From positions 1 to 59,142 of the forward strand of contig JAHBMJ010000018.1 in NCBI GenBank assembly GCA_018398765.1: a stretch of DNA of 59,142 bases, written 5' to 3'. Position numbers and translations under genes: made by a program. Each line of letters opens with the position of its first letter. Position 1 is the first letter of the stretch. Below are positions 38,200 to 50,095 of the stretch, in pieces. This DNA is from Chromera velia (taxonomy: Eukaryota). The notes beneath the pieces are model-generated. The model was not told the DNA's origin. It did not search any database and was given only the letters and a program-made list of their open reading frames with translations.

Positions 38200-39708
38200 C
38201 AGGGTTGCCGATTTTTTCGGTGGTAAACAAGCTTCATTACCGGTAACCGGTAATTACCGGCAGAGTTTGCTGGCAGTTGGCAAAGACTTAGCAGAATTCT
38301 AACAGTCACTAACACTTTTCAATAACCTAAGTCCTAGGTTATAGGTCAATCAATCAATCACTTAAGGCTAGACTTAAGGTCAATTCAAAAAGTCAATGCG
38401 TCATCTGTAGGGACAGCTATGCGGCCAGTGTGTTTGAAGATGACGCAAGTCGAAGCAATGGGTCCCGTCTTGTACTTAGCGCCCAAAGACAGAGAACCGC
38501 TGGCCACAATGACTAGCACAGTGACCACAGCTGGCCCAGACAGATGCATCTGTGTAATTCGAACAACGGAAAGAGTCCGCCTCAAAGTTTGGGCGGTCCT
38601 CCCAATCCAGTACTCCAGCCTCCAAAAAAAGACCCGCCGCTAAAAGCTGATGTCTGAGGCCTCGAAGGGGCAGGGCAGGAGGCAGAGCAAGAGAGGGAAG
38701 AGAGTGGGGAGGAAGAGAAGGAAGGGGGGGAAAGGGGTGAGGAGGAAGAGGAAGAGGAGGAGGAGAGAGAGCCTGGAGAGGGTGAAGGAGAGGAGTCCGA
38801 GGAAGAAAGCAAGGAAGAAGAGGAGGAGAGGGGAGGGGATGAGGAGGAAGAGGTAGGAGACGATATCGAGGCAAACGGGGGGGGCAGAGTAGAGGAAGAG
38901 GTGCAGGTACAAGAAGAAAAGGCGGGGGAAGAAAGGCCCAGAGACCCGCCGCCTTCAGAGAGAAGAGGGAAGAAAAGAGGGAGACGCAGCGTAGAAGAAG
39001 AAGGCTCTCCAAAAAGAGCCGTGATTCGTGTTCTCCCCTCTTCTACCCTAGCCTCTGCTAGTGTTCGGTCCCCTCAGGCGCCGGTCGCTCCGGCTTCTTT
39101 TTATAGCTGCGGTGCAGCAGCTGCATCCGCCCCTTCCTCTTTCCATCCGAGACCACCCAGCCTTAGACCCAGCCATACCATGGGGGGAGCTCGAGGAGGC
39201 AATGTTCTTCTTACTCCTCCCCCCTCAGCAAACTGGGCAGGGGCTGTGCAAGTACAGAGCTGCAGGCTTAGCATCTCCTCGTTTTTCAGAAAGAAGTAGA
39301 CTTTTTCCATCTCTTACTTTGATCGCTCTCTAACGACGGTCAAGGCCTGATATATAGAGAAGCAGAACAGTGAGAGATGAAGCAAAGTCAAAAAAGAGAG
39401 TAGTTGTTGGACAGACGCTGTCATAGAGCTGTTAGAACTTTTTACTACTTATAGGGGTGAAGCAATTAAAAATTTATATTTTTTAAATATTTTTTTTATT
39501 TTTTTTTGTGTGTGAATAGGCTTTTAAAATGCTAATAAACACTTAAAAACATGTTTTTGAAGGTTGGCGCCGCAGGCGAAATTTTTTTGGGGGGACTTTA
39601 ATTTTTATTATTTTTTTTGTCGGTAAAAGGAAGGCAGACTGAGGCCATTACCGGTTACCGGCAATTGCCGGTAGACTAGACCTGTTACCGACCAGAAAAG
39701 CAACCCTG
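38200..39708. mobile_element. hAT-superfamily non-autonomous or deleted DNA transposon
   Basis: TIR CAGGGTTGC / GCAACCCTG, perfect 8-bp TSD GTACTAGG (38192-38199, 39709-39716), and TTACCGG subterminal repeats at both ends. Confidence 0.92.
38385..39299 (+). pseudogene. Decayed ORF inside the hAT element (Glu-rich low-complexity region, ending SISSFFRKK*)
   Basis: One continuous frame of ~300 codons broken only by TAG (38514) and TGA (38655), with no frameshift. It is probably a transposase 3' end or a captured gene fragment. Confidence 0.55.
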
Positions 39709-39996
39709 GTACTAGGAAAATAGTAAGAACCTAGGTAGGAAGTTACTAGAAACTTGAATATTAAGTTAAAATATTTTAATTCATTAATTTCTAATTAATT
39801 GCAATATTATTATATATATATATATAATGAATAATGAATTTAATTATACATAATTAGTTAAAAGTTTAAAGTTCTGCGTTTAAAAAAGAAAAGAAAAAAA
39901 TTTGAATTAAAGCCGTGCTTGCACTCGCTATATGGTTGTATGAATTGAAATGTTTATGCTTTACTGAGTGAAATTGGAGGTTGATGATTTGGTTTT

Positions 39997-42526
39997 TCAA
40001 TCCGCTTTCTTCACCATCATCGCATAGAAGTCCTCAAAAGAGACCTCGCCGGTGCCAGAGGTGTCAATGCGACGAATCATTTCCTGAGCGCAAGCAAACA
40101 GAAGAACAAACAAACACACAAACTGATAAACAGGTTCGACAACTCGGTGGACAGTCCACAAGTTTTGACGCAGATACACGTGGACTGCCTCACAGAAAGA
40201 CATAGCCATAATATGTCACAACCCTGTTCATATATGAACGTGCACGTATCCCGGAAGGCAGACAAAAACGCTACTGTTCAGCATTCATGTGGGCTGAGAG
40301 GAGCAGCCAGCGAGCCCTACTTCTATCAATATGATGACGGCGCGCAAGCCAAAAAGGGGGTCACCAGAAGGCTCCCTCGAAGGGAGCTTCTGAAGAGAGA
40401 GCAAGCAAGCAAGCAATCAACACAACACGACGGTCAACTCATGCAATTTCAAGCAAGTCTCGGACTTTGTCAGCACAGCCAAGACAGGGCTTTTTCTCTC
40501 TAGCATTTGGACCTTTTCTCGCCCTCGCTGTCAGTCCACCTCCTCCCTTCCCGGCTTGCGGTCGCTTCTGGCAATCTATTCTATGGTAAGACTAAAGGCT
40601 GAAGAGGCAGGAGTTCGAACCGTATGAAATCAGGTGAAGTCTCCCTATTGCTTTTCTACTGACCGACCAACCAACCTGAAGTTCTTGGGGTGTGAGGATC
40701 TCCCCTGAAGGCGTGTAGGAGAGAGAGGGAGGGAGGGAAAGGAGTGAGAAAAGGCGAGTCAGTGATCAGTGACGAAAAAGATAAAGTGAAGATAAGGGTC
40801 CTCTCTTGCAACAGACGGGTCGTTAGAGAGCTGGCTTTCGAGAATCGATGCAGACACGGTTGTCTCAACAGAAACGAAGTGCCCAACAAAACTTGTCTCC
40901 ACCTCTACGCACACAGGAAAGACTTTGAGCCACAGAGAATGGTAGAGGCAGAAAGCAGGGCTTGGGACGCCGACGGCTTCAAAAGTGGACGGTGTGCCAC
41001 ATTGGGGAGCGTGTATGTCAATCTTCTTTGAAGAGTAGAGGCGCTGCATTCTTCTTTGCTGTTTTCTTTCCTCAATCCAGAGTGGCACTCTTTCACCTTT
41101 TTTTCTGGATCACATTGCCTTGCAGTGCCCTCTGTCATCTCTTCCTTCAGTCTTTCCTTCCTCCTTCCCTTCTCAATGCCCTCCCCGTTCCTCTTTTTTC
41201 ATTCGTACACCTGTTCCTTCCTCTTCCACTCCCGCCCTCTTTCCTGATCTTCGTCGCTTCCTTTGCTTCCCCCTCCCCATGGTTCTCTTCTTTTTCCTTC
41301 TGCTTTCTCCAACAGGCGCGACTGACTGACCGATCTCCCTGGAAACTCTCTCCAGATTCTCAATCGATATGGTGCCGCTCTGGTTCTCGTCAAACAACGC
41401 GAACACCTGTTGTGGCAGACAGCGAGGGCACACAGACGGGAAAAGCGAAGAATGAGGCGAGATGTACAGCCAGAAGGCCAGCCTCTTCCTCTCAAGGGAA
41501 TGCGTGCGTTTACAGAAAAAAAATTCTGTATGAAAATAAATGCATACAGCCAGAACGTCAGCCTGTTCCTCTCAAGGGAATGCGACTGCATTGACTGCTG
41601 GGCAAAGCATGTGGGTGACGGAAGGGGGTCAGAAGCGGTGAGGGCAGCGGAATAGCGGTGAGAATGGATAAAAAACAAGTGGGTGACTGATTGAGCAGGT
41701 AAATAGACAGATGAGGGTATGTATGCGGATGTGCATGTACTGGTGGGCGAATTGTTGATCCCATCGATCCTCCCATGAAAAAACCAGAGGGAACGCCAAC
41801 CAACACACGTCAAAGGAGTTAGAAAGGGGAGGTGGAGAGAGAGCCCTGGACAGCCGAAACCCCGTTTCAGCTCGGGGTGAGACTGAGTGATTCTATGAAA
41901 GCGAGTGGAAATGGGAGGATGGCAGCCGGCTGTCAATGGAAAGGGATGTGGCACAGAAGGGACGAAGAGGACGTTCTATCTCTCACACTCTAGCTGTCCC
42001 GATACCGTCCTTTGAGATTGCAGCGACCAGAATGGTACTGTTTCGAATGTGCTTATTCCGACCTTCTTGATGTCATCTTTTGAGTCCTTGCTGACAAGTC
42101 GAGCCGTCATCATGTCGAGAAACTCATCGAATTTGATCACATGCGAATGGTACCGATCCAAGTCCGAAAACATCTGGTAGATGGTCTGGTTACGTGCCTC
42201 AAAACCTGCAAGTACAAGCACGCAAGCGTTTGCATTTTTCTGGACGCAAATCTTCAAAAAGAATCTCGATAGGAACTTTCATACAGTAAGTGCCTCTTTG
42301 GCATTTTCACTTACTCAGCTCGCAGGAGTCATGCCAACAACAGAACTACCGACTGACCAAGCTGAAGCATTGCATTCTTCAGGTCTCTAGGGTCTATGCT
42401 CCCGTTTCCCTTCTCGTCAAAGAGGTCAAACGCTTCCTTGATCTCCTGCACCTCCTCTGCGGACACACCCGGACGGACATAGCGACGGGCGTCGAAGCTT
42501 TTCTGTCTGCCTGCAGAAGCCGCCAT
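39997..42526 (-). CDS. Centrin (167 aa), CEN2/ICL1e-like subfamily; 5 exons (42526-42358, 42205-42063, 41406-41331, 40704-40676, 40083-39997)
   Basis: [46 protein letters not shown]...VFALFDENQSGTISIENLERVSREIGEILTPQELQEMIRRIDTSGTGEVSFEDFYAMM. All joins are GT-AG and in frame (504 nt in total). Confidence 0.92.
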
Positions 42527-42919
42527 GGTACAGTTTCACGCAGCTGGTAAGCGTACGGAATCCCCTGTTAGGACCCCCAACTCGAATCGAACTGTCCTCG
42601 TCAGTCTAGAGAGTGATAGAGCCTTCTTGGCGTCTGCCGATGAGGACGGCTGAGTGTGAAGAAAGAACTTCGATCAGGGCAACTCCGTCTACGTCTCGTC
42701 CGTCAGATGATCGAAGCTGGGCGTGGCTTGATGGCAGATATGGATTTTCTGGCGGGTTGCCGATAGAGGAGCGAGCCGCATATGCATGCACTTGGTCGTC
42801 GGAAAGAGTCTCCGGATTGCTGTTCCACATTGTCTGTCAGGCTCAGATCAGAAGTTCCAAGTTTTTCTCCATCGAGTCAACTTTCTGCCGTCATGCACGT
42901 GAAGCTTTAATTTATATAT

Positions 42920-43530
42920 AGATATGCATGCATGTATACTTGTGCGGATTGGGCGCGCGGCGGCGCATGGCGGCGCCCCTCGGCCATATGCAGCCGGCGC
43001 GCTGCATGCGCGTGCATGCATGCTCATGCATGCAATTCAAAGTCAATTGCAGTGCGGCGCGCGCGCTATGGCGCCGCATTGGCGCCGGCCCAGGCTTTCT
43101 AGAGCGGGCATTTTTAGCACTGCGGCTGCGCCGCGGTTCCTTCCAGGGCCCTCCGCAGCGGCGCGCCGGCGCCCCCCCCCCCGTGTGGGACATGGCCCAT
43201 ATACCGTATAAAAACGGTTTTTTCTGAGCGCCGCAGGCACCATTTTTTTTTTTTTAAGGTGATTCAATGATAAATTTGATCAATTGCTGATCAATTTGGT
43301 TCAACTTACCTCAGAAAAGGTAAAAACCAGAACAATCACGCCGCGGTTCCCCCCCTTTCTTCAAGGTTTTACAACTGCGGCGCGCCGCGTGCGCCGCGGT
43401 GCGCCCTTCGGGCGCTCCGCGGCGAAGGGCGCACCGCGGCGTTTGACCGTAAACGCCGCGGTGTCTAGAAAGCCTGCGCGGGCCGGCTCATCCACCCGAG
43501 CTGTGGCGCCGCCGCGCGCGCGCAAAATGG
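42920..43530. promoter_or_regulatory. GC-rich bidirectional promoter region with a TGCATGCA cluster and strong hairpins
   Basis: Multiple TGCATG copies at 42925-43035, 19-bp and 13-bp perfect stems at 43392-43463, located between the divergent centrin and MSP genes. Confidence 0.55.
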
Positions 43531-43886
43531 TTCAAACATGTTCAAACAACAGTTGGTTGTGCAAATCTTCAATGTGCATCGAAATGCATCGAAACATCAT
43601 CGAACTCATTCGAACCCCAACCTTGATCTGCGTCTAGGTTTCATCATTTTTCGAAGCTGCGGTAGAAACAGCACACCACTGCTGCTCATCGCTATTGTTC
43701 ATGAGAACATCAAGTCGGTTCAGTCAGTTTCTCGAGTGTGTGACATAGGCGATCCTCTCAGAAGCTGCCTGAAAGATTCATTTGTCCCTTTCTTTGTTCC
43801 ACACCTGCTTCGAACACATAATCGTTGCAGGTCGTACGGGTTGAGACCCACTCTCTGTTCTTTCCCCCCCCTCACGTGCGCAGAAA

Positions 43887-45169
43887 ATGGGGCAGCAACA
43901 AAGTAGCAGCGAGCCGCGAAAGCTCGTGGAACTGCGTCCCTCCAAGAATTTGTTCTTTGCGTACGACCTGGGGGAGGAGGTGGAGTGCGAGTTGCAAATC
44001 AAAAACAAGAAAGATTGTCCTGTGAAGTTTAAGATCAGTTCAGAAGACAAAGACGGCGACAAAGATTTATTCTCATTCCAACCTGCTGAATCATGTCTCC
44101 TCCCCAACAGCAAAGTCACCGTGTCTGTCAAGTGCAAACCCCAGACAGCCCCAGATGAGGAAGGCAACACGGTCACCGTCGAGGTCACGACCTCGCCCCG
44201 AACAGAAGGAGAGGAGCCGGAAACGGAGGAGCTGGAGCTTGAGGTGACCTTCATGAAAAAGGGGAATCTAGCAGAGAGATTTGATTCAGCAGAAGCAGAG
44301 GTACAGGCTCGTTACACAACGCTGCACCTTGAGGATGATGCTGCCAACATCTACGCAGCCAGTCTGGTCAGGGCAAAGAGCAACGCGATCACTTTTGGCG
44401 AACTCACTCCGCCTCGGATCTTTCTCTTTGTGCTTCTCGTCTCGATCGTGCAAGTCTTCGCCCTGTCAGTCGCCAGGCTGCATCGATCCACATTGGTTTG
44501 TGCCCGCATCCACGCACGCACACGCACCCCTGTACCGAAATCGCATATTGTTTGCATACCAATTGGATGTGCCAATTTCGTGTAGCCATATGAACAGACC
44601 GTCCTGGCAAGGACTTTATATTTCCTCCCGTTCGTCATTCTCAAGATGCATTGTACGTCTGGGGCAATTTTGCGATAGTTGAATTCATGATCTGCATCTG
44701 CTCAAGCAAACGACAGGATGTTTTCTTCCATCGACAGAGTTCCCCTCAATGGAACAGTTGTTGGACCAATGACTTGAGTGCCTACTGAGTGTGTCTATCT
44801 GAAACTGAATTTGATTGATTGAGTGCCTCTGGTGCTGTCCATTCTTCTGCTGCATGCGTGCAGGGCGACTCTGGACCCTCGTTTCCTGAACATGGACGAG
44901 AACTTCCAGTTCGCCTACTGGAACTGGATCTCCTACGTTCCTTTCGGGGAACTCCCAGGGATCGTCTTTGAAGAGGCAACGCAACTCTCTCAGGACGCCT
45001 ATCTTGACTTTATCTTTAGGTCGGTCTGACAGTCTACATTCGCCTTCGTTTGACTCGTGTGTGTATGCATGGGTGTGTGATGTGGGTACGCTGATGCTCT
45101 CTCTTTCATCTCGCCAATCTAAACGGGTCTCTTCTCTGTTTGGATTCCTTGCGCGTGCTTCTTCTGTGC

Positions 45170-45206
<37 letters not shown>

Positions 45207-47255
45207 GGCTGTTTATCAAAATCACGCGTGAGACATTACATCTCCCCAAAGGTGTGGGGGTTTCCCCCTTTTTTTCTGAACAGGTGTGTTTTTTTTTCTT
45301 TTCTTTTTTCTTCTTTCCTTGTGTGATTTCTCCTCCCTGATCGCCTATGCAGGTTCATTGCCGTTACGCTGCTCTTTGTGCGTCTCTGCCAAGAGCTCCA
45401 GTCCCACCTGAGGGGCCTCCTCGTTCTTGATCGGGAGGAGAGAAAGAAATGGAGCGTCCGAATCGTCGTGCGCATTTGGGGGTGTATCATTTATCCCTTC
45501 CTTCTCTTCTCAGTCGGTGTCGCACAGATCATGCTGGCAGACGCGAAGCACGTGATTCTGTCCAGTCTGACAGTCGCGTTCATCGCTGGCATTGACAATC
45601 TTCTTGTGAACGGCCTCCGATTGCATTCCGGAGAGGATGCAGTGAAAGCGATGCTAGAGGTTACCTGCATCCCGGGTGTCCACATTGAATCTGCAAAGAC
45701 GGAGATGGAGAGAGGATCGGACTCCTCTGTGTCGTCGGCAGACGCAGAGAGGTCAGAGACCACCCTCATGACAAAAACTAGGGCCGAAAGAATCCTTGAA
45801 GACCTGCGAGACGACGAACCCGATATTCGTCTGAGTGCCCTGTTGGGCATTTTGGATTTTGAGGAGATTTGCGATAACATCCCCGCAGTCACTGCCGGTT
45901 TCACAGAAGAACAGAAGAAGGCTTACAAGAGCTCGTGGAGAACATACGGAGACCCATACGAAAAGAGCGATGTCCCCCCAACCCAATATGAGGCTGCTCT
46001 GCGTTACGGCGCGTATTTAGCAAAGCAGAAACTCTTTGAGAAGATCGCAGAGAGAGTGAAAAAGATCCGTTCCGACAGCCTGGCGACCACCAAACTGACG
46101 GCATGCTTTCTCCTCGCTGTCGCCATCACCCCCTTTGTGTTCACTGTCTTTGACTGGTGTGGCGTTGACATACCGAGTGAAACCGCACGAAGCGGCTATG
46201 ATGAGGTTGACATCCTCACTTTTTTCATGGTCTTTTCAGCCTCGATGAGCGTGTTGCCCATCAGTCAGAAGGCCAAGGCCGTTGCTGAGGAGCTAGTCGA
46301 ATCCTATGAAGACAGGGAGGAGGAAATGACGTGCTGTGAAAAGATCAAGTGGGTTTCCGACCAGACACTCAACCTGGCTCTCATGCCATTTCTCCTCATT
46401 CCCCTCATTTGTCCTCTCATTCTCGCTGCAGCGATTTTGAGTGCCAACACCCTGGTCACTGAAGTGACTGCATGGGTTCTTCTTTTGTTTTTAGACTATG
46501 TTGCTGTGCAGATTCTGGGTGACGGGCTTGGTGAGGTGTTTGGAGAGAAGGATGTGGAGAGTCAAACCGAGTCGGGTCTCGATCTGATCCCTCTGGCTTT
46601 CCACTTTGTGATTGTTCACCTTGTCCTTGTGCTCCTCTATATAGGGGCACTAGGGCACTCGAGACATTTCGATGTCAGCAGAGGGGAAGAGCGACTGACA
46701 GTCGAGAAGCAGTGGGGGAAGCTGACGGGAGTCCTGTGCGTCACAGGGCTTACCCTAGGGGCGCTTCTCCTGAGGCTCCTAGTTGAGTGCTGCTCCCGGT
46801 CTGGGAAGAGCACCTCCAAAATCGACCAGCAGAGAGAAGAGGGGGATAGAGAGGAGTCCCTGATTTCCGATCTAGACGATGAAGAGGATGAGGGCACAAA
46901 GGGGTGTACTGCCAAGGGGTTCTTTGACGCCCTGCCCCATTCGATCCTCACGGTCCTCCTGGCCCCTATCTGGCCCCTTGCCTTTCTCATCCTTTGCTGT
47001 ACTGAGGTTGTCATCTGCTTGTGTGTTTGCACAGGTTGCCAGAAGAAGAAAGAGTCGGAAGATAGCGACAGTTCGATTAGCTCCCTTGAAGATGAATCCG
47101 AAGAGGAAGAGGAGACTGAGCTGATGGAGTCAGGCATGTCAAAGGGAAGCGCAGAGGGCAGACAGGACTCCGCTGGAGTTGTGTCAGGGTCAGCAAACGG
47201 AGGAGAGATGGGGGAGAAGGCCCCCCTTCTGTCAACCGGCTCTGGGGGTGCCTGA
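43887..47255 (+). CDS. MSP (major sperm protein/VAP-like) domain fused to a multi-pass membrane region (~878 aa); 3 exons (43887-44464, 44864-45019, 45353-47255)
   Basis: [12 protein letters not shown]...[18 protein letters not shown]...[22 protein letters not shown] fits the MSP/PapD-like pattern. Two GT-AG introns give in-frame joins. About 10-12 hydrophobic segments, N-terminal MGQQQS and C-terminal EKAPLL. Confidence 0.75.
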
Positions 47256-49710
47256 CGGGCTAGTATACAGCCCCAAAATTAGCCCCGACAAGAATTGTAA
47301 CAAAATGCACACTCTCAGATACTTCGGCCATCATTCAACCATAAAAAAACAAATCTGACAGAACTCATAATTAAAGCATATGTCGTTGACGTCAGATGAA
47401 TCTTATAGATAATATTATCAGAATAGTAACGTTCAATAGTTAATGGGTCTTATTAAATTACTATATATATAGTAGTTATAATTCTTTAGATATTAAACTT
47501 GAATGCTAGAAGTACTGTTGGAGCTTCTAATAGCCTAAGTTATATCTGTATACAGTGTATAGTGCACATCTGCCGCAGTGTATCTAGTACTGTTGTATTC
47601 CGCACATCATACAACTAGTCATGCAAGCCGATATCTAGGAGTCGGCCGCGGGAAATCGGGGATTCGTTGAATATGTATCTTCCTACTAGTAGTATTAAAT
47701 ATATATATCCTCAGGCTGTCTAGCTTGTAATATATATATATATGAACGAATGTTGCTCTTCAATTAATCTATACAGTGATCACTAATAGCCTATAGATAA
47801 TCAGTTAGTGAGTGTTCACTGTTAATTAACTGATTGAACGGTTCGTAGACTAGTTCGTAGAACACTACTATTAGCGCAGTCTGTCACCATCTAAGTCATC
47901 ATTTGGCCCATTCCTAAAGAATTTATTATATGCTAACCTTGATAAGCAATATATATTTGTATATACTGGATCAGTGAATGCCCAGCTCGAATCGCTGCTC
48001 GATATTCACTACTATTTAGAGTTATAGACTTATAGTGCACAGAGACTAGTATAATGAAGAAATCATCTTAGAAATGCTATACAGGTGCAGCTAAGGTGCC
48101 ATCTAAGGAAGGGGCTAGCGAAGGGGTTCATATTTAGGCTGCTACGAGTCAGAATATGTCAGCCTTGCTGGATCTTGTTAGGTTCCAAGCAACACATAAA
48201 GACTGCAGGTCACAGAGGTGAACCATGGCGAAGCAATGCATGCATGCTCGCGGAACATGATGCTGCATGAGACCCATGGAAACAGGAAAACCTCAAAGCC
48301 TCAGACCGCATCTGGAGTCACCATGAGTCACCCCCATCGGGATCGGACCGTGCTCCATGCATTCTTGACAGGCAGACAGACACGCAGGCAGGCAAGCAGC
48401 ATGCTGCATAGCTGATGTACTTTCAGTATTTTGCGGTACCCGTAGTTCACACAAAATGCGTCTGGTGAATGCGTGTATGCACAAGTGTGAAGTTGCGTGC
48501 GTCAACGTGGGACAGCCCCATCGCTTCCAGCCCTGCTCTCCTCAACACTTGGCTCTGAACACAATTAATCAAGTATTCGTATGTTGTGAAAGGCTTCGAT
48601 AGAGAGGCCCTCCTGGATGCCTTTTTTGACTTCTGCTTTTGAGAAACTCACGGCCTTGCTTTACCTTTCTTGTTTGGGTACACCACACGGAATCCATTTC
48701 TTTCCCTGAAATCCTTTTGTCCCTCCGTTTCTCTTCACTCGATGTGATCATTTCTCTGTACATGCATGCAGATCAGACAAGGAAGACTTTTTGTTTGTTG
48801 AACAAGGAAGGCTGCGACGCTGTTCTCAGACTTCTCCGTTCTTTATTTCCTTCCATGCATACACAGACCACACAAGACTGAATCAGCAACAGCCACCACT
48901 ACATGAGATGCAAACAAGAGGCAAAGCCCTCCATCCTTCTTCGAAGGTTGAGAGGACCGCAAAACGAAAAAATGAAACAACAGAAGTCGATCGTGCACAT
49001 ACGCACGCATGCACTTGAACGAACTGCATGTAGACAGACACACAAACGACGAAAGAGTCCTTCACTCCATTCATGCAGACAGTACAGTGAGTGAAAGACC
49101 AAGAAGAGAAGCACGGGGAAGCGCGCTGAAACGCTGCAAGCAAGTGAACAACCAATTTTGTCCACTGCAAGCAACAAATTTCTCTTCCTCTGCGTCTCCG
49201 CGGATGAAAAAAACGCAAAGCTCAAAGAGTGCATCTGCGAAGGACTGCACGCACATTTGATGAAGACCGATTGTTGCATGCAGGCACAAACAAACCGAGA
49301 CTAGGAAAACGGACAGACTAAGAAAAAACTGGACAACCGATGCGATCAGGACCCGCCACAAAAGTTTGCAGGACCACGTAGCTGGAAAAGCACAACCAGT
49401 TTCTTCTTTTCAAACAAACTGATAGATCACTTCTTGATGTTCTTAATCTCCTCAACCAATCAATCAGAAAGTGCTAGACCCGAAAGACGCCCTCCCTTTG
49501 CTCCTTTCCTCCGCAAATGAGAGAGAGCTCTCGATTAATCCTCTCGACCCACTGCTTGCAAAGCAGAAAGAACAAAGAAAAGGGAATTAAGGAAAATTCA
49601 TTTCTGCATCTCTGTACATTCGCTCAGACTCCAACAATTCAATTTTCTCCTGTAGTTTCTGCCTGCATGCACGAACGTAAAGACGGAACCAGACGTGCAG
49701 TCAGAGAAGA

Positions 49711-50045
49711 CTAGAGACCGAGTCCGCCTAGAAGCCCTCCCAGAAGACCCCCTGCCCCTCCCCCGCCCGATCCCCCCCCTNNNNNNNNNNNNNNNCCCCC
49801 CCAAAAGTCCCACATCGACCCTCGAAGCAAAGTAATCAACCTCCACAGGCCACTGATCCATATCAACAGAGATCGTCCCGAGACCCTGCAAGCAAGCATG
49901 CAACAAAAGAAGAGAAGACAAGACACACAAAGAGGTTCACATCCCAGCAGGCAAAAAAGAGACATCACAACAATCGGAGAAAGGGACGAGACGAAAAGGC
50001 GGACTGAAAAGAGGTCAGGGCCACAGAGAATAACAGAAAAGAGGG

Positions 50046-50095
<50 letters not shown>

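Noticed and set aside
38420..38560. BED zinc-finger-like reading on the minus strand of the hAT element (CGHC...HLQTH)
   Set aside because: It is interrupted by a stop and the spacing is poor. The long plus-strand frame explains the region better.
47340..48120. AT/TA-rich block that may be a TE remnant
   Set aside because: No TIR or TSD pair could be identified by eye. It is used only as support for the mutational-bias finding.
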